Positions 34,335 through 44,714 of a stretch of 64,000 nucleotides of DNA are shown piece after piece (the stretch's first letter is position 1; each line of letters begins with the position of its first letter). The notes beneath the pieces were generated by a model. The model saw only the letters and a list, made by a program, of their open reading frames with translations. It was not told where the DNA came from and searched no databases. The stretch comes from an uncultured Planctomycetota bacterium. GTDB taxonomy: Bacteria > Planctomycetota > Planctomycetia > Isosphaerales > Isosphaeraceae. A program made the translations under genes and the position numbers. Location of the stretch: NCBI GenBank assembly GCA_963845755.1, contig CAWJTV010000016.1, positions 1 through 64,000 of the forward strand, given 5' to 3'.

Positions 34335-35654
34335 ATGGGCGACCTGAACGACGGCGAATCGGTGGAGATGAAGGGCTCGGGGGCGAAACCCTACGTGCTG
34401 AAGAACGTGGGCGGGGTTTACTCCTGCACCTGCCCGGCGTGGCGCAACCAGTCGGTTGCGATCGAGCGCCGGACGTGCAAGCACCTGCGAAAGCTCCGCG
34501 GCGACGCGGCGGAGGAAGTCCGCATCGGCCAGGACCTTCCCCCCAAGCCCGAATTCGAAGGCGAGGACGGCGTGGCTGCGGGGAAGGAGGGCCCTCCCCT
34601 GCTGCTGGCCGAGCGCTGGGACAACGCCCAGGACCTCGCCGGCTGGTGGCTGAGCGAGAAGCTCGACGGCGTTCGCGCGTACTGGGACGGCAAGTCCCTC
34701 ATTTCGCGGCTCGGCAACCGCTTCCACGCGCCCGACTGGTTCCTCGAGCGCCTTCCCGACATCCCGCTCGACGGCGAGCTGTGGATTGGTCGCAAGGCCT
34801 TTCAGCGCACGGTCGGAATCGTCCGCCGCCAGGACAAGACCGACCTGTGGAAGGAGGTGCGCTACGTCGCGTTCGACGCGCCGAGCGTTGATGACGCGTT
34901 CGAAGGCCGTCTGGCCGCCGTCCGCGCGCACATCGAGCGATACCGGCCACCGTACCTGACCGCGCTCGAACACGCGATTTGCCTCAGCCTGGACCACCTC
35001 CGCGCGGAGCTGGCGCGCATCGAAGCACTCGGTGGCGAAGGGCTAATGCTCCGCCAACCGGAATCGCGCTACGAGGTCGGCCGGTCGCTGACGCTCTTGA
35101 AGGTCAAGAGCTTCCAGGACGCCGAAGCCCGGGTGCTGGAGCACCTCAAAGGCGCCGGACGGCACAAGGGCCGGCTCGGCGCGCTGCTCGTGGAGCTGGC
35201 CAACGGAACCCATTTCTCGGTGGGAACCGGCTTCTCCGACGCCGAGCGTGAAGCCCCGCCGCCGGTCGGCTCGGTCATCACCTTCCGCTATCAGGAACTT
35301 TCCGACGGCGGCGTGCCCCGCTTTCCGTCGTATGTCGGCGTCCGGATCGATGCCGCCTTTCCCCCCGCGCCGACGACGCCTCCTTCACGACCCGCGAAGG
35401 TCGCGGCTCCAGCCCCGACGGTGACCTCGGCCTCCCCCGCGGCCCGGCGGTTCGAGCTGGTCGAGGGATCGTCGAGCAAGTTCTGGGAAGTGGCCCACGA
35501 CGGCTGTTCGGTGACCGTTCGTTACGGCCGGATCGGCAGCGACGGCCAAGCCAAGACGAAGGACTTCCCGAGCGAAGAGCAGGCCCGGCGCCACGCCGAC
35601 GGGCTGATCGAGGAGAAGGTCGCCAAGGGCTATCGCGAAAGCGGCGGGGCGTAA
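34335..35654 (+). CDS. ATP-dependent DNA ligase with N-terminal SWIM zinc finger and C-terminal WGR domain
   Basis: YSCTCPAW...TCKH; SEKLDGVRA, LDGELW, EGLMLR, LLKVK; SSKFWEV...YGRIG...EKVAKGY. Confidence 0.93.
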   Translation: MGDLNDGESVEMKGSGAKPYVLKNVGGVYSCTCPAWRNQSVAIERRTCKHLRKLRGDAAEEVRIGQDLPPKPEFEGEDGVAAGKEGPPLLLAERWDNAQDLAGWWLSEKLDGVRAYWDGKSLISRLGNRFHAPDWFLERLPDIPLDGELWIGRKAFQRTVGIVRRQDKTDLWKEVRYVAFDAPSVDDAFEGRLAAVRAHIERYRPPYLTALEHAICLSLDHLRAELARIEALGGEGLMLRQPESRYEVGRSLTLLKVKSFQDAEARVLEHLKGAGRHKGRLGALLVELANGTHFSVGTGFSDAEREAPPPVGSVITFRYQELSDGGVPRFPSYVGVRIDAAFPPAPTTPPSRPAKVAAPAPTVTSASPAARRFELVEGSSSKFWEVAHDGCSVTVRYGRIGSDGQAKTKDFPSEEQARRHADGLIEEKVAKGYRESGGA

Positions 35655-35732
35655 GCGATTCGACGGCGATCTCCCGGCCGGGCCACTTTCGAGATGAAGG
35701 CCCATGGGACATCGAGCTCGGCGGCAAGAACC

Positions 35733-36530
35733 ATGGCTAATCCCTTCAAGGCCGAGTCCGATGGACGTCACCCGATCATCGAAGCCTTGATCACCGAACT
35801 CGGCTCCAGGAAGGGCGACCCTCTGGACCGCCTCGAATACCTGCTCCGGAACTGTGGCTACCTGGCCGAACGGAGGGGCGACCTTGTCGTCCTCAGCGAC
35901 AACGCCCATCGGCTCGATTTCCGCGACCTCGCCCCGTGGCTGCCGTTGCATCCCGAGGCGTTGGAAACGTTCCCATGGGTCAGGGAGTTCTCGCGGCGGG
36001 GGAGCTTCAGTTCCTGGATCTTGCAGGGGCCGGAACGATTCCTCCAGCGGGTTCACGGCCACAAAGTCCCGGCAATCTGCCTCGACGGGTTGGTGGCCTA
36101 TCTCGTCAAGGCCCTATCCGCTGCGGGAGTCATCACGACTTCGTCCTGCGCCGGCCATGTCGGCCTCCTGATCGTCGGCCTGGAGCCTGGATGTAACAGC
36201 GCCTGGGCCGCGATCCTGGTCCGACACGTCGAGACGAAGATGAGGCTCGCCCACCGTTGGGAGGTGCACAACGGCTCCCTGGAAGTCGTTCCTGGTATGG
36301 AGGTCGACTGGGTCCGGTACTTCCTGGAGGTCCTCGACGTGGCCGACCACTTGTACCAGGAGCAAGTCCGCTTGCGCGAGATCCGGAGGGAGATCGTCGC
36401 GCATCTGGACGAACAAGTCTATAATTTTTATTTTAAAAATATATTATTAAATATTGATATTTTACTTCGTGGGATGCCCGTGGGCATGCGACTTCCAATC
36501 GGCCCAGAAGGCGATTTCCTCGTCCGATAG
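35733..36530 (+). CDS. Hypothetical protein
   Basis: Long ORF with coding-like codon usage; LDGLVAYLVKAL...TTSSCAGH motif. Confidence 0.65.
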   Translation: MANPFKAESDGRHPIIEALITELGSRKGDPLDRLEYLLRNCGYLAERRGDLVVLSDNAHRLDFRDLAPWLPLHPEALETFPWVREFSRRGSFSSWILQGPERFLQRVHGHKVPAICLDGLVAYLVKALSAAGVITTSSCAGHVGLLIVGLEPGCNSAWAAILVRHVETKMRLAHRWEVHNGSLEVVPGMEVDWVRYFLEVLDVADHLYQEQVRLREIRREIVAHLDEQVYNFYFKNILLNIDILLRGMPVGMRLPIGPEGDFLVR

Positions 36531-36665
36531 CGACTCCGGCTCGCCGCCCGCCCGTCTCCCCCGACACCGCACGGCCACTGTCCGGTTTTTTCCGGACTAC
36601 CCCCTTCTCCGCCACGATCGCGCCGTCTATACTGATCACAATTCCATAAGGTTCATCCGTATATT

Positions 36666-36941
36666 ATGGAGCATCCTACCATGCCGCCGCTGGAAAGACT
36701 CTTCCGCCTGGAGATCGAATTCCACCGCCGGTTGCGGACGCAGGCCCCCGGTGCCGAAGATATCCGTGCGCTCCATACCAGCTACGCCCTGCAATCCGGC
36801 TATGAGCCGCTGATCCGGACGGTTGGCACCGTCACCGCCCAGGACCTCGACCGTCTTCAAGCACGACTCGTCCTGGCCGGCGACGCCCGCGATATCCTGG
36901 CCGCCCGCGATTCGCTCAAGCAGCTCTTGGGGGGTGAGTAG
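36666..36941 (+). CDS. Hypothetical protein; its stop codon lies inside a Tn3-type IR
   Basis: 91-aa ORF ending TTG GGG GGT GAG TAG. Confidence 0.6.
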   Translation: MEHPTMPPLERLFRLEIEFHRRLRTQAPGAEDIRALHTSYALQSGYEPLIRTVGTVTAQDLDRLQARLVLAGDARDILAARDSLKQLLGGE

Positions 36942-37077
36942 CATCCGGACAGAAAACTGGAATAAGATCGTGATACGACGAGTCTTTCCGGGACTACGGG
37001 GCCGGAATCAGGCTGTTCTACCCCGATTCCTGCTCGAACTCGACGTATCGGCCGACTCCTACGCCCAAGAGGTTGCC

Positions 37078-37587
37078 GTGATCGCACCACGCTTCCGAAT
37101 CGCCTGGGTCATGGTCGCCGTCGCCATCGCCGCACTCGACTTCGGGGCGATACGGGCATTCTCTGGTCACCGAGCGAATGTCCTCGACGAACAGAGGGGT
37201 ATCCTCTTGTTACTGGGTGCCCTGCCGATGGCGCACGTTCTCGCGGTCGGCATGCTGGTTGGTCGACGGCGTCCGGGAAGTCGCCCGTTCTTCACGGGAT
37301 TTGAGGTGTTCGGCGCGATGGCGTTGGCCTTCTTTATCGAATTGGCGATTTGCTTTCCTCGTGAGGTCGTGTTTCCCTACCTCACACCATGTGTCGCGCC
37401 CTTGGAGACGTTCATCGGGCCGGGCCATCCGTTCGTTTCCATCCCAATGTTAGTCTTGGTCGTCGTGGTCATGCTCGTCGGGCCGCAAGTGGTTTTCGCC
37501 TCAGTTGGTGGCCTCTGGTACCGTAAGGCCACGGCCGCGAGGTGTCGCGTGTGCGGCCAGCGGGGGAATTGCGGGCAGGCTCTTTAG
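37078..37587 (+). CDS. Membrane protein (RFRIAWVMVAVAIAALDF-type N-terminus)
   Basis: GAGG RBS with GTG start; four hydrophobic segments. Confidence 0.65.
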   Translation: MIAPRFRIAWVMVAVAIAALDFGAIRAFSGHRANVLDEQRGILLLLGALPMAHVLAVGMLVGRRRPGSRPFFTGFEVFGAMALAFFIELAICFPREVVFPYLTPCVAPLETFIGPGHPFVSIPMLVLVVVVMLVGPQVVFASVGGLWYRKATAARCRVCGQRGNCGQAL

Positions 37588-37638
37588 TTGCCGTAGGGCT
37601 CTAATGGCGCCTTCTTCTCACGCCGCGTGAGAAAACAC

Positions 37639-40600
37639 TCACTTCTTTGGCCGTTCGGCGTCAACCGGTTTGTCCCGCGGCAACTCAAATGACTTTCCGG
37701 ATTGGTGCAGGACCAGCGCCAAGACCTTGCTCCCGCTGTCTTTCTTAAATGAGACTGCGACCGCGTTGGTGAGTACAAACTGCCAGCGCCCCTCCTTGTC
37801 GGGCTCCCTCAGCTCGAACACCAGTTGACTGGGAATATCCAGGGCCAGTTTCCCGCAGCGGAATACCACCTGGAACGGGGTGTTTTTGAATGGCCCGAAG
37901 TTCGCGTAATATGTGCCGATCAGCGGTTTCATCGTAGCCGTTCACACCCCGAACAATTTGTACAGTTAGTTCGTATTACTGTATATGAGTCAGCAGCTTC
38001 CGATCCCTGAGCCACTCTGGAGCACCGTGCCCGAGGACGCGCAAGCCGCCCTCCTCGATGCCTGGAATGTGCTCCGGGATGAGATCGCCGAGTTGAAGAC
38101 CACCGTGCGCGATCTCCGGGCCCGGCTCGGACTCAACTCGACGAATTCCTCCAAGCCCCCCTCTTCCGACCCGATCGGCCTGAAACGAAAGCCGCCGACT
38201 CCGCCTTCGCGGCGCAAACGCGGCGGACAACCCGGCCATCGCAAGGCGTTCCGCGCCCTGGTCCCTCCCGAGGAGCTCCGATCGTCCACCGATCGTCGGC
38301 CCGGGGCCTGTCGTCGCTGCGGCCATGCGCTGCACGGCGAGGATCCCACACCCTTGATCCATCAGGTCGCCGACCTGCCCCGGATCGAGCCACTCGTGGA
38401 CGAATACCGGCTGCATCGGCTCGCTTGTCCGGACTGTGGGACGACCACGTGTGCGACCCTCCCCGAGGGGGTCTCCACCAGCCACTTCAGCCCGTACACT
38501 CAGGCCGTGCTGGCGACCCTGGCCGGCGCCTACCGCCTCAGCAAGCGGCAGATCCAGCAACTCGCCGGCGATCTGTTGGGGCTGTCGATCTCCACCGGGA
38601 TGATCTCCAAGCTGGAGCGACAATCGGCCGCCGTGCTGGAGGCCCCCTATAACGAGCTGGCCGTCGCCGTCCACACGGCGGAGGTGATCCATGCCGACGA
38701 GACCTCCTGGCGGGAGGAGCGGCGCAAGGCCTGGCTTTGGGCGGCGGTGACCGCGATGTTCACCGTCTTCACCATCGCCCGCAACCGCACCGCCAAGGTG
38801 GCCCGAGCGGTCCTGGGGACGCACGACGGCTCGATCGCGGTGACCGACCGTTGCAGTTCCTACGACTGGATCGCCGCGGCCGGCCGGCAGATCTGCTGGA
38901 GCCATCTCCGCCGCGATTTCCAGGCGATGATCGACCGCGGCGGGGCGGCCGAACCGATCGGCCGACGACTGTTGAGGCTGTCGGATCGGTTGTACCGCTG
39001 GTGGCATCGCCTCGAGGCCGAGCGGGTGGATCGGGGGCGATTCGCGCGACGATGACCCGGGTGAGGCGCGAGGTCAAAGCGGCGCTGGACGACGGTGCGC
39101 GGTGCGGATGTCCGCGGACGCGCGGGATGTGCGCCGAGATCCTGCGCGTGGAGGGGAGCTTGTGGACCTTCGCGCGGGTCGAGGGGGTGCCTCCCGACAA
39201 CAATGCGGCGGAGCGCGCCGAGCGGCACGCCGTGATCTGGCGGCGGATCAGCGGGGGGACCGACAGGCGCAGGGGAGCCGGTTCGTCGAGCGGATGTTGA
39301 CCGTGGTGGCCACGTGCCGGCAGCAGGGACGAGACGTGCTGGGCTACCTGACATCGTGCTTTGAAGCGGCTCGGAGCAACCAATCGATCCCCTCCCTCGT
39401 CCCGGTGACTCCACCAAAGATCGAGGCCGCCTAATTCCAGCTATCACGCCCCATGAACGGGTACGTTTCATCTCATCCGGCACTTTGTTAACGCCCTCGC
39501 GCTGGAGCAGCGCATCCTGGATTGTCGTCTCCAACCGGATCGTGCTGACCTGGCCCCGCGATTGTGTGAAGTAACAGACGATCAGATTCTCCGCGGGAAA
39601 TGCCCAAGCACCTGTACCATCCGAACCGCCGTGGCCGATGGCCCTCACTTCCGTCCTGGTAGGACTTTCGCCGGGTGCGTAGAGCATGGACATTTGGCCG
39701 TATTGCGGCTTCATCCCGAAAAACCCGCATGGGTACGGCTCAACGCTTCCGAGTGCTTTCATCGGCGACTTGGGAGTCAGGATGCGGGCGATCGCCTCGT
39801 TTGAGAGCAGTCGTTTGCCACCGGCCATGCCGCTGTCCATCCACATCGCGAGGAAGCGGGCATAATCGGCAGGGGTGGAGTAGAGCGTCTGCGAGCCCCA
39901 CGCGAACGGATACAAGGGTGCTCCGCCCGGCTTCCAGATCCGCGTCCACTTCCCCGGGCTGCCGAAGTAAAGACTCGCAACGCGCTTCTTGCGCGGGTCG
40001 TCGGCCTTCGAGAGATAGAACGAGTCGGCCATCCCCAGCGGCTGCAGGATCCGCTCCGCGACGAAGCGGTCGATCGTCGTGCCGCTGATCCGTTCGACAA
40101 CGGCCGCCGCGGCGTCACTGCCAGCGTCTGAGTACCAGAACTTTTCGCCCGGCTTGAATTGTGGCCCTTTTTCCCCGATGGCTTTCGCCTGGGTTTGCAG
40201 GTCGGAGTACTGATCGATTCTTACCGTCATGATCGTCAGAGGCAATCCGCTCCGGTGTTGCAGGAGTTGCTCGATCGTGATGGCCTTCGATTTGTCGTTG
40301 TCGAATCCGGGTAGGTATTTCGCCACGGGGTCGTCCAGGCGCAGTTTCCCCTCGTCGGCCAGCATCTGCACGGCGACTCCCGTCAGCGGTTTGGTCATCG
40401 AACGGATGTTGAAGATCGTGCCGCGCTCCATGGCTCGTTTGTCTTCGCGATCGCGCGCTCCGTAGACCTCGTGCAAGATCGTCTTGCGGTTCTTGATGAT
40501 CAGGAGCTCGCCTCCGACGATCGTGCCGTTCCTCACGTACTCTTCCACCTCGCCGGCCACTCGGCGCACGGCCGCGGCCGAAACGCCCTGGCTTTCGGGT

Positions 40601-40719
40601 GTGGCGACCGGGAAAGCAGCCTTCTCCTCGGCCGCGGCCGATACACTCATCGGGCCTAACCACACTGCCGCGATCCAGATCGCCGTCCGCTGGCATAAGC
40701 GCGCTCGATTGACTGTCAT
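37639..40719 (-). pseudogene. Serine hydrolase (beta-lactamase class C-like) interrupted by IS66
   Basis: FNIRSMTK (SxxK), LLQHRSG, YSD, HGG; ...VPDEMK | PLIGTY rejoins across the IS. Confidence 0.9.
37934..39464 (+). mobile_element. IS66-family element, copy 2 (transposase 37985-39434, frameshifted)
   Basis: Near-identical to 1242-2774; 8-bp TSD GTTTCATC at 37926-37933 and 39465-39472. Confidence 0.95.
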
Positions 40720-40804
40720 TGGAACTCTCGCTTGGGTGACTCTTGACTGCCGGATCCGGAACCTTCTGCCATCGTGGGTGGCGAGCCTCGAAAGAAAGCC
40801 TGCA

Positions 40805-41188
40805 TTAGACGGCTTTCGCCTCGTCCCGCAGCGACAGGCAATAGCCGAGCGTCACCGCCATCCCGGCCGCGACCGCGCCGGACCCGGCCGTTATCGCCAC
40901 CGGGATCGGCGCGAACGCCCACAGTCCGGCATAGACGAGCCCGCTCAGCACCAAGGACCAACTCGCGACCCGCCTGGCCTGGCGGGCGCCGGCGGGGACC
41001 CGGACCAGGACCATGGCCTTGGGCATCCGGTTGCCGTACCAGGCCATCCAGAGCCCGATAACGGCGGTGACCAACCGTGTGACCGTGTCGCCGTCGATAT
41101 AGCCCAGCTTGTGCGCGAAGGTCGCGCCGAGCGACAGGGCCATCATGCCGCCGGCCCAGACGAGACATGCCGTCAGTTCCTTGTTCAT
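40805..41188 (-). CDS. Small membrane protein, SdpI-like
   Basis: Four TM helices, YGNRMPK motif; coupled to an SdpR-type gene. Confidence 0.7.
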   Translation of the reverse strand: MNKELTACLVWAGGMMALSLGATFAHKLGYIDGDTVTRLVTAVIGLWMAWYGNRMPKAMVLVRVPAGARQARRVASWSLVLSGLVYAGLWAFAPIPVAITAGSGAVAAGMAVTLGYCLSLRDEAKAV

Positions 41189-41481
41189 CGTGCAGTCGCC
41201 TTTTTGGACTCCGGCGCCTCCTCGCCCAGGCCGAACGAATGGACGAAGCCCAGAAGCGCTTCTTCGAGCACCGAGAGCTTCAGGTGATAGATGACGGACT
41301 TGCCAACCTTCTCGGCGTGCACCAGGTCGGCCTCCTTCAGCACCGCGAAGTGCGCCGACATCGTCGGCTTGGAGACGTCGAACTGGTCGCTGAGCTCGCC
41401 CGCGCTCATCGGCCCCTTGCGCAGAAGCAGTAGCACGCGTCGGCGCGTCGGATCGGAAAGGGCTTTGAATACCTGGCTCAT
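41185..41481 (-). CDS. ArsR/SdpR-family autorepressor
   Basis: VFKALSDPTRRRVL...MSAGEL...SKPTMSAHFAVLKEADLV. Confidence 0.9.
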   Translation of the reverse strand: MSQVFKALSDPTRRRVLLLLRKGPMSAGELSDQFDVSKPTMSAHFAVLKEADLVHAEKVGKSVIYHLKLSVLEEALLGFVHSFGLGEEAPESKKATAR

Positions 41482-41700
41482 GATTCGATCTTTAGCTAAT
41501 CGACGAAATTTGTCAAGGGCGGGGGTTCGACCTTGGTGGCAATGGCGCAGGGTGAATCGCTTTCAGCCTTCTTGGTCTTCGACTCGATCGCAAAATTGAA
41601 ACCGGCCTCCTCGGGCGGACTGTGGATGATCTGGCAGCGTGACGACCCTTGCGCCGGTTTTCTGTTCCATTGCTACTCACGCCCCAATCCGGAGACCACC

Positions 41701-42200
41701 ATGACCACCGAAACGATGAGCCTCAACGACTTGGTCCAGCTCGACGTGAGCATCAGCCGTCAGATCGACGAAAGGTTTCTGTCGCCCGCCGTTCAGAAAA
41801 CCCAGTCCAGACACTGCGGAGTTGTCCCGTGGAGCTTCCAGAAATCACATTGTTGCAGTTCTTGGTCTTGAGCCACATACGTAGGAATGGCGAGTTGTCA
41901 GGCCGAGATCTGCGTGGGCTTCTTGCAAGTGGGGGCGTGAAATCTACGGGCCCCCAGTTCTATCGCCTGATGTCCCGGCTCGAAGATGCCGGGCACATTC
42001 ACGGCTGGTATGCACCGAAGGAGATTGAACACCAGGTTGTGAATGAGAGGCGGTATCGCCTCACTGACGGCGGCCGAACAGCCTGGCAACAGACATCGGA
42101 TTTCTTTTCAGCTTGCTCCGGTGGAAGGCCGGTCCCGGCCGATCGTCCTTCGGGTCGGCGAGCCAAGGATATGAAAGGAGGAGCCAAATGCCTCGCGTAA
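41701..42200 (+). CDS. PadR-like winged-helix regulator (start/frame uncertain)
   Basis: LQFLVL...SGRDLR...FYRLMSRLEDAGHI...RRYRLTDGG. Confidence 0.65.
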
Positions 42201-42215
42201 CATAATTAAAGCGAC

Positions 42216-42246
42216 AAGAACCCCGGGGTCCGCCGGGTTCTTTTTT
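42216..42246 (+). terminator. Rho-independent terminator
   Basis: AAGAACCC...GGGTTCTT stem followed by a T-run, between convergent genes. Confidence 0.7.
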
Positions 42247-42376
42247 GCGCCCGCGCGAACACTCGGTTGAACTCGCATTGTGCACTACCCCTGCCCTGCC
42301 CTTCATCGTCTGCCGCTGGCTCTCATCCTCGAGGGCCCGCGGCCGTTCCCATTGGCACAACCGGTATGCTCGGCGC

Positions 42377-42661
42377 TCAAGCCGCTTCATCGTCGGCATC
42401 CGAGTTAACCGAAAACCCCTGCCCTTGCCGATCAGAACTGTCACCGGGATCAGATCCTCTTCCCTTGTCTACCAACACGACCCCACGTAAGCCAGCCCGG
42501 ACGAACTCGGCGGCTAAGGCCGAAGCGTCCACGCCTCTCAGCGCCGCAACCGCGCGGAGCTTGGCGTGCGTGACAACGTCCAGTGGCACGGATGTTCTGA
42601 CGGGCGGGCGGACGGGCACCGTTGCGGGTGCGCGACGTCGAGGGCTGTCCTGATCGCTCAT
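42377..42661 (-). CDS. Small ribbon-helix-helix-like DNA-binding protein
   Basis: RTSVPLDVVTHAKLRAVAALRGVDASALAAEFV pattern; GGAGG RBS. Confidence 0.55.
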   Translation of the reverse strand: MSDQDSPRRRAPATVPVRPPVRTSVPLDVVTHAKLRAVAALRGVDASALAAEFVRAGLRGVVLVDKGRGSDPGDSSDRQGQGFSVNSDADDEAA

Positions 42662-42902
42662 GGGCGGCCTCCAGCAAGATCACGAGTGAGCCCGCGAGGT
42701 CGCTCCCCGCGGGCTTACTCTCTTTCGGCCGTGCGCACGTGCGGCCTTGAGCGTCGGCTTATTCCCGCATGCCGTCGGCCTCCAGCGCCGGCAGCCTATA
42801 CGCGCTAGGCGACGTCGTGCACATGAACTATTGACCAAAGGCCCGGAATCTGCCTCAATGGATGCACAAGCAGCTGACTAAAAACGACCCGGGGCCCCGC
42901 CG

Positions 42903-43133
42903 ATGAGGTCGCGGCATCCTAACAAGCACATCGAGGAAGCCGTCCAATACGCGGAGTCACGGGGCTGGCGCTTCACGAAGTCCGAAGGACACGCTTGGGG
43001 TATCCTCCGATGCCCGGAACGCAGTCGAGAAGGCTGTCAAATTTCCGTGTGGTCAACACCCAAGGTTCCGGAGAATCACGCTGAACAGATCCGAAGGCGG
43101 GTCAACTGGTGTGGTCATGGGCAGGGGACATGA
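42903..43133 (+). CDS. HicA-like putative toxin
   Basis: HPNKHIEEAVQYAESRGW...GHAWG..C...SVWSTP. Confidence 0.65.
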   Translation: MRSRHPNKHIEEAVQYAESRGWRFTKSEGHAWGILRCPERSREGCQISVWSTPKVPENHAEQIRRRVNWCGHGQGT

Positions 43134-43134
43134 G

Positions 43135-43446
43135 ATGAAGGAAACGCACGAATTTACCCTGGTCGTTAACGGAATCTCCGAACTGACTCCCGAGGTCCTG
43201 GACGCACTCTTTGAAGCCGGTTGCGATGATGCTACGGTTTGCCAGCAGAACGACCGCGTTGAGATGGATTTTGCCCGCAGCGCCCCCACGAGGGATGAGG
43301 CTGTCGAAAGCGCGGCTCGCGACGTTGCTAAAGCAAACATCGGCGCGACGGCGACCCTGGTGATTAACGAGCGGCCCGACAAAGGGGCTGTGTCGAGAAT
43401 CCTCCAGAACCATAAAAACCGCCGGATCCGAAAGACGGGCGCCTGA
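43135..43446 (+). CDS. HicB-like putative antitoxin partner
   Basis: HEFTL...DALFEAGCDDA...MDFARSA...AVESA; starts 1 nt after the toxin stop. Confidence 0.6.
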   Translation: MKETHEFTLVVNGISELTPEVLDALFEAGCDDATVCQQNDRVEMDFARSAPTRDEAVESAARDVAKANIGATATLVINERPDKGAVSRILQNHKNRRIRKTGA

Positions 43447-43507
43447 CCCGTCCGCGTCGTGGAAGTGAAAATTGACTTCCACGCCTGGTTGAACCACGAT
43501 CGGTCGG

Positions 43508-43720
43508 TCAGTTCCGCCTGGCCGCCATCCGTTCCCTATGGCGCTTCTTGAGCTTCACGACCAGGTCGTTGGGCGTCGGGCTGGAGTTCATGAACCAGCA
43601 CTCGCGCTCCGCCACCGCTTTCCGGGCCGGACAGCAGCGCGCCGGCCCGGGGCATCGGGTACCGATAGGCGAGCCGTGCCGAGGGCAGGGGAACCGGCTG
43701 ATGATCTCTGGGGAGGTCAT
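43508..43720 (-). CDS. Small Cys-rich hypothetical protein
   Basis: CPRHGSPIGTRC...CC; 70 aa. Confidence 0.4.
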   Translation of the reverse strand: MTSPEIISRFPCPRHGSPIGTRCPGPARCCPARKAVAERECWFMNSSPTPNDLVVKLKKRHRERMAARRN

Positions 43721-43861
43721 GGGAGAATCATACCATAGGTCGCTTATACGGCTCTCTGAGCCCCTGCCGGCCGTTGACGCCCCATCCGTCAGGCCGAGTC
43801 CAGATCGCCCCTCTCAAGCCACGCCTGGCAGCGCAGCGCGGGCTTCTCTCTTTGCCTAGAA

Positions 43862-44195
43862 CGCCGATTTCCGCGGAGGAGAAATCGATTGACATTTGGT
43901 CCACGCCAGGACTGGTTTTCCCGCGATATCTTGGACTTGGTGTCAGTCGGTTTTGTCAGTCAGGGTCTGCGTGGGCCAATCGCCAAGTCACATCGAAGTG
44001 TGGGCCATTGGCGCGGATTTCCGCGGTTTGGCGGACCTTCCCCTTGAGCCACCTGCGATTTGACATTCCCGGTTTCCTGGTCTCTTGCCTCAAAACCATC
44101 TGACATTCCAGGGGACAAGTTGTCGCGAATTCCGGAGAATCTCGCCACCTCCCGCCAGAAGTTGTCAGTCGGTTTCCCCCCCGCGGAAATCGGCG
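43862..44195. mobile_element. MITE-like element
   Basis: 33-bp imperfect terminal inverted repeats (4 mismatches) flanked by direct TAGAA repeats at 43857-43861 and 44196-44200. Confidence 0.6.
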
Positions 44196-44714
44196 TAGAA
44201 GAGAAATTTGAGGAAAAGGGCCGTCGTTATACTAAAGTTCTTCTGGATGCCCCAAAGGTGCGCGGCGGTAGCATCGGCTGATAAACCCGGCGGATGTCGC
44301 TTTTTGGAAACACATCGCCGGAACGCGGGCAAACGTTTCATAATTCCTCTGAGAAGACGCGAGAGCCGGCCCCGGCCCGCATGTCGCGCTCTTCGTGCGC
44401 GCGTTGCGCATGAAAAGCCCGGGGTGACAGCCCCGGGCAATTGGCAAATCCTGGCTTGAGGACCAAAGGTTCGCTATGGGTACACTAGCTTATTCTGAGC
44501 AGAACAAGAACAACGGCAAGAGGCGACGCCTGCCATGGCATGTGATTGCAGCGGTTCTCGCGGCCTTGACGGCGTTCGCCGGCCTGGCCGAGAAACTTCT
44601 CGATCTCTACAGCAATTACCAATGACCAGCCAGGGGCGCCGGCCGCCTCGCCTCTGGGGCGGTCGGCTTCCCGCGGCCGATTCCCCGTCCCGACGGTCGC
44701 CAGGACCAGGACGG

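Larger units (their letters stand above)
36929..41685. mobile_element. Non-autonomous Tn3-family-like cargo segment bounded by 38-bp inverted repeats
   Basis: Left IR 36929-36966 GGGGGGTGAGTAGCATCCGGACAGAAAACTGGAATAAG; right IR 41648-41685 reverse complement GGGGCGTGAGTAGCAATGGAACAGAAAACCGGCGCAAG (29/38 identical). No matching 5-bp TSD. Confidence 0.65.

Noticed and set aside
41686..44714. Segment as a transposon bounded by the 28-bp inverted repeat
   Set aside because: The GGGG outer-end polarity shows the IRs face away from this segment.
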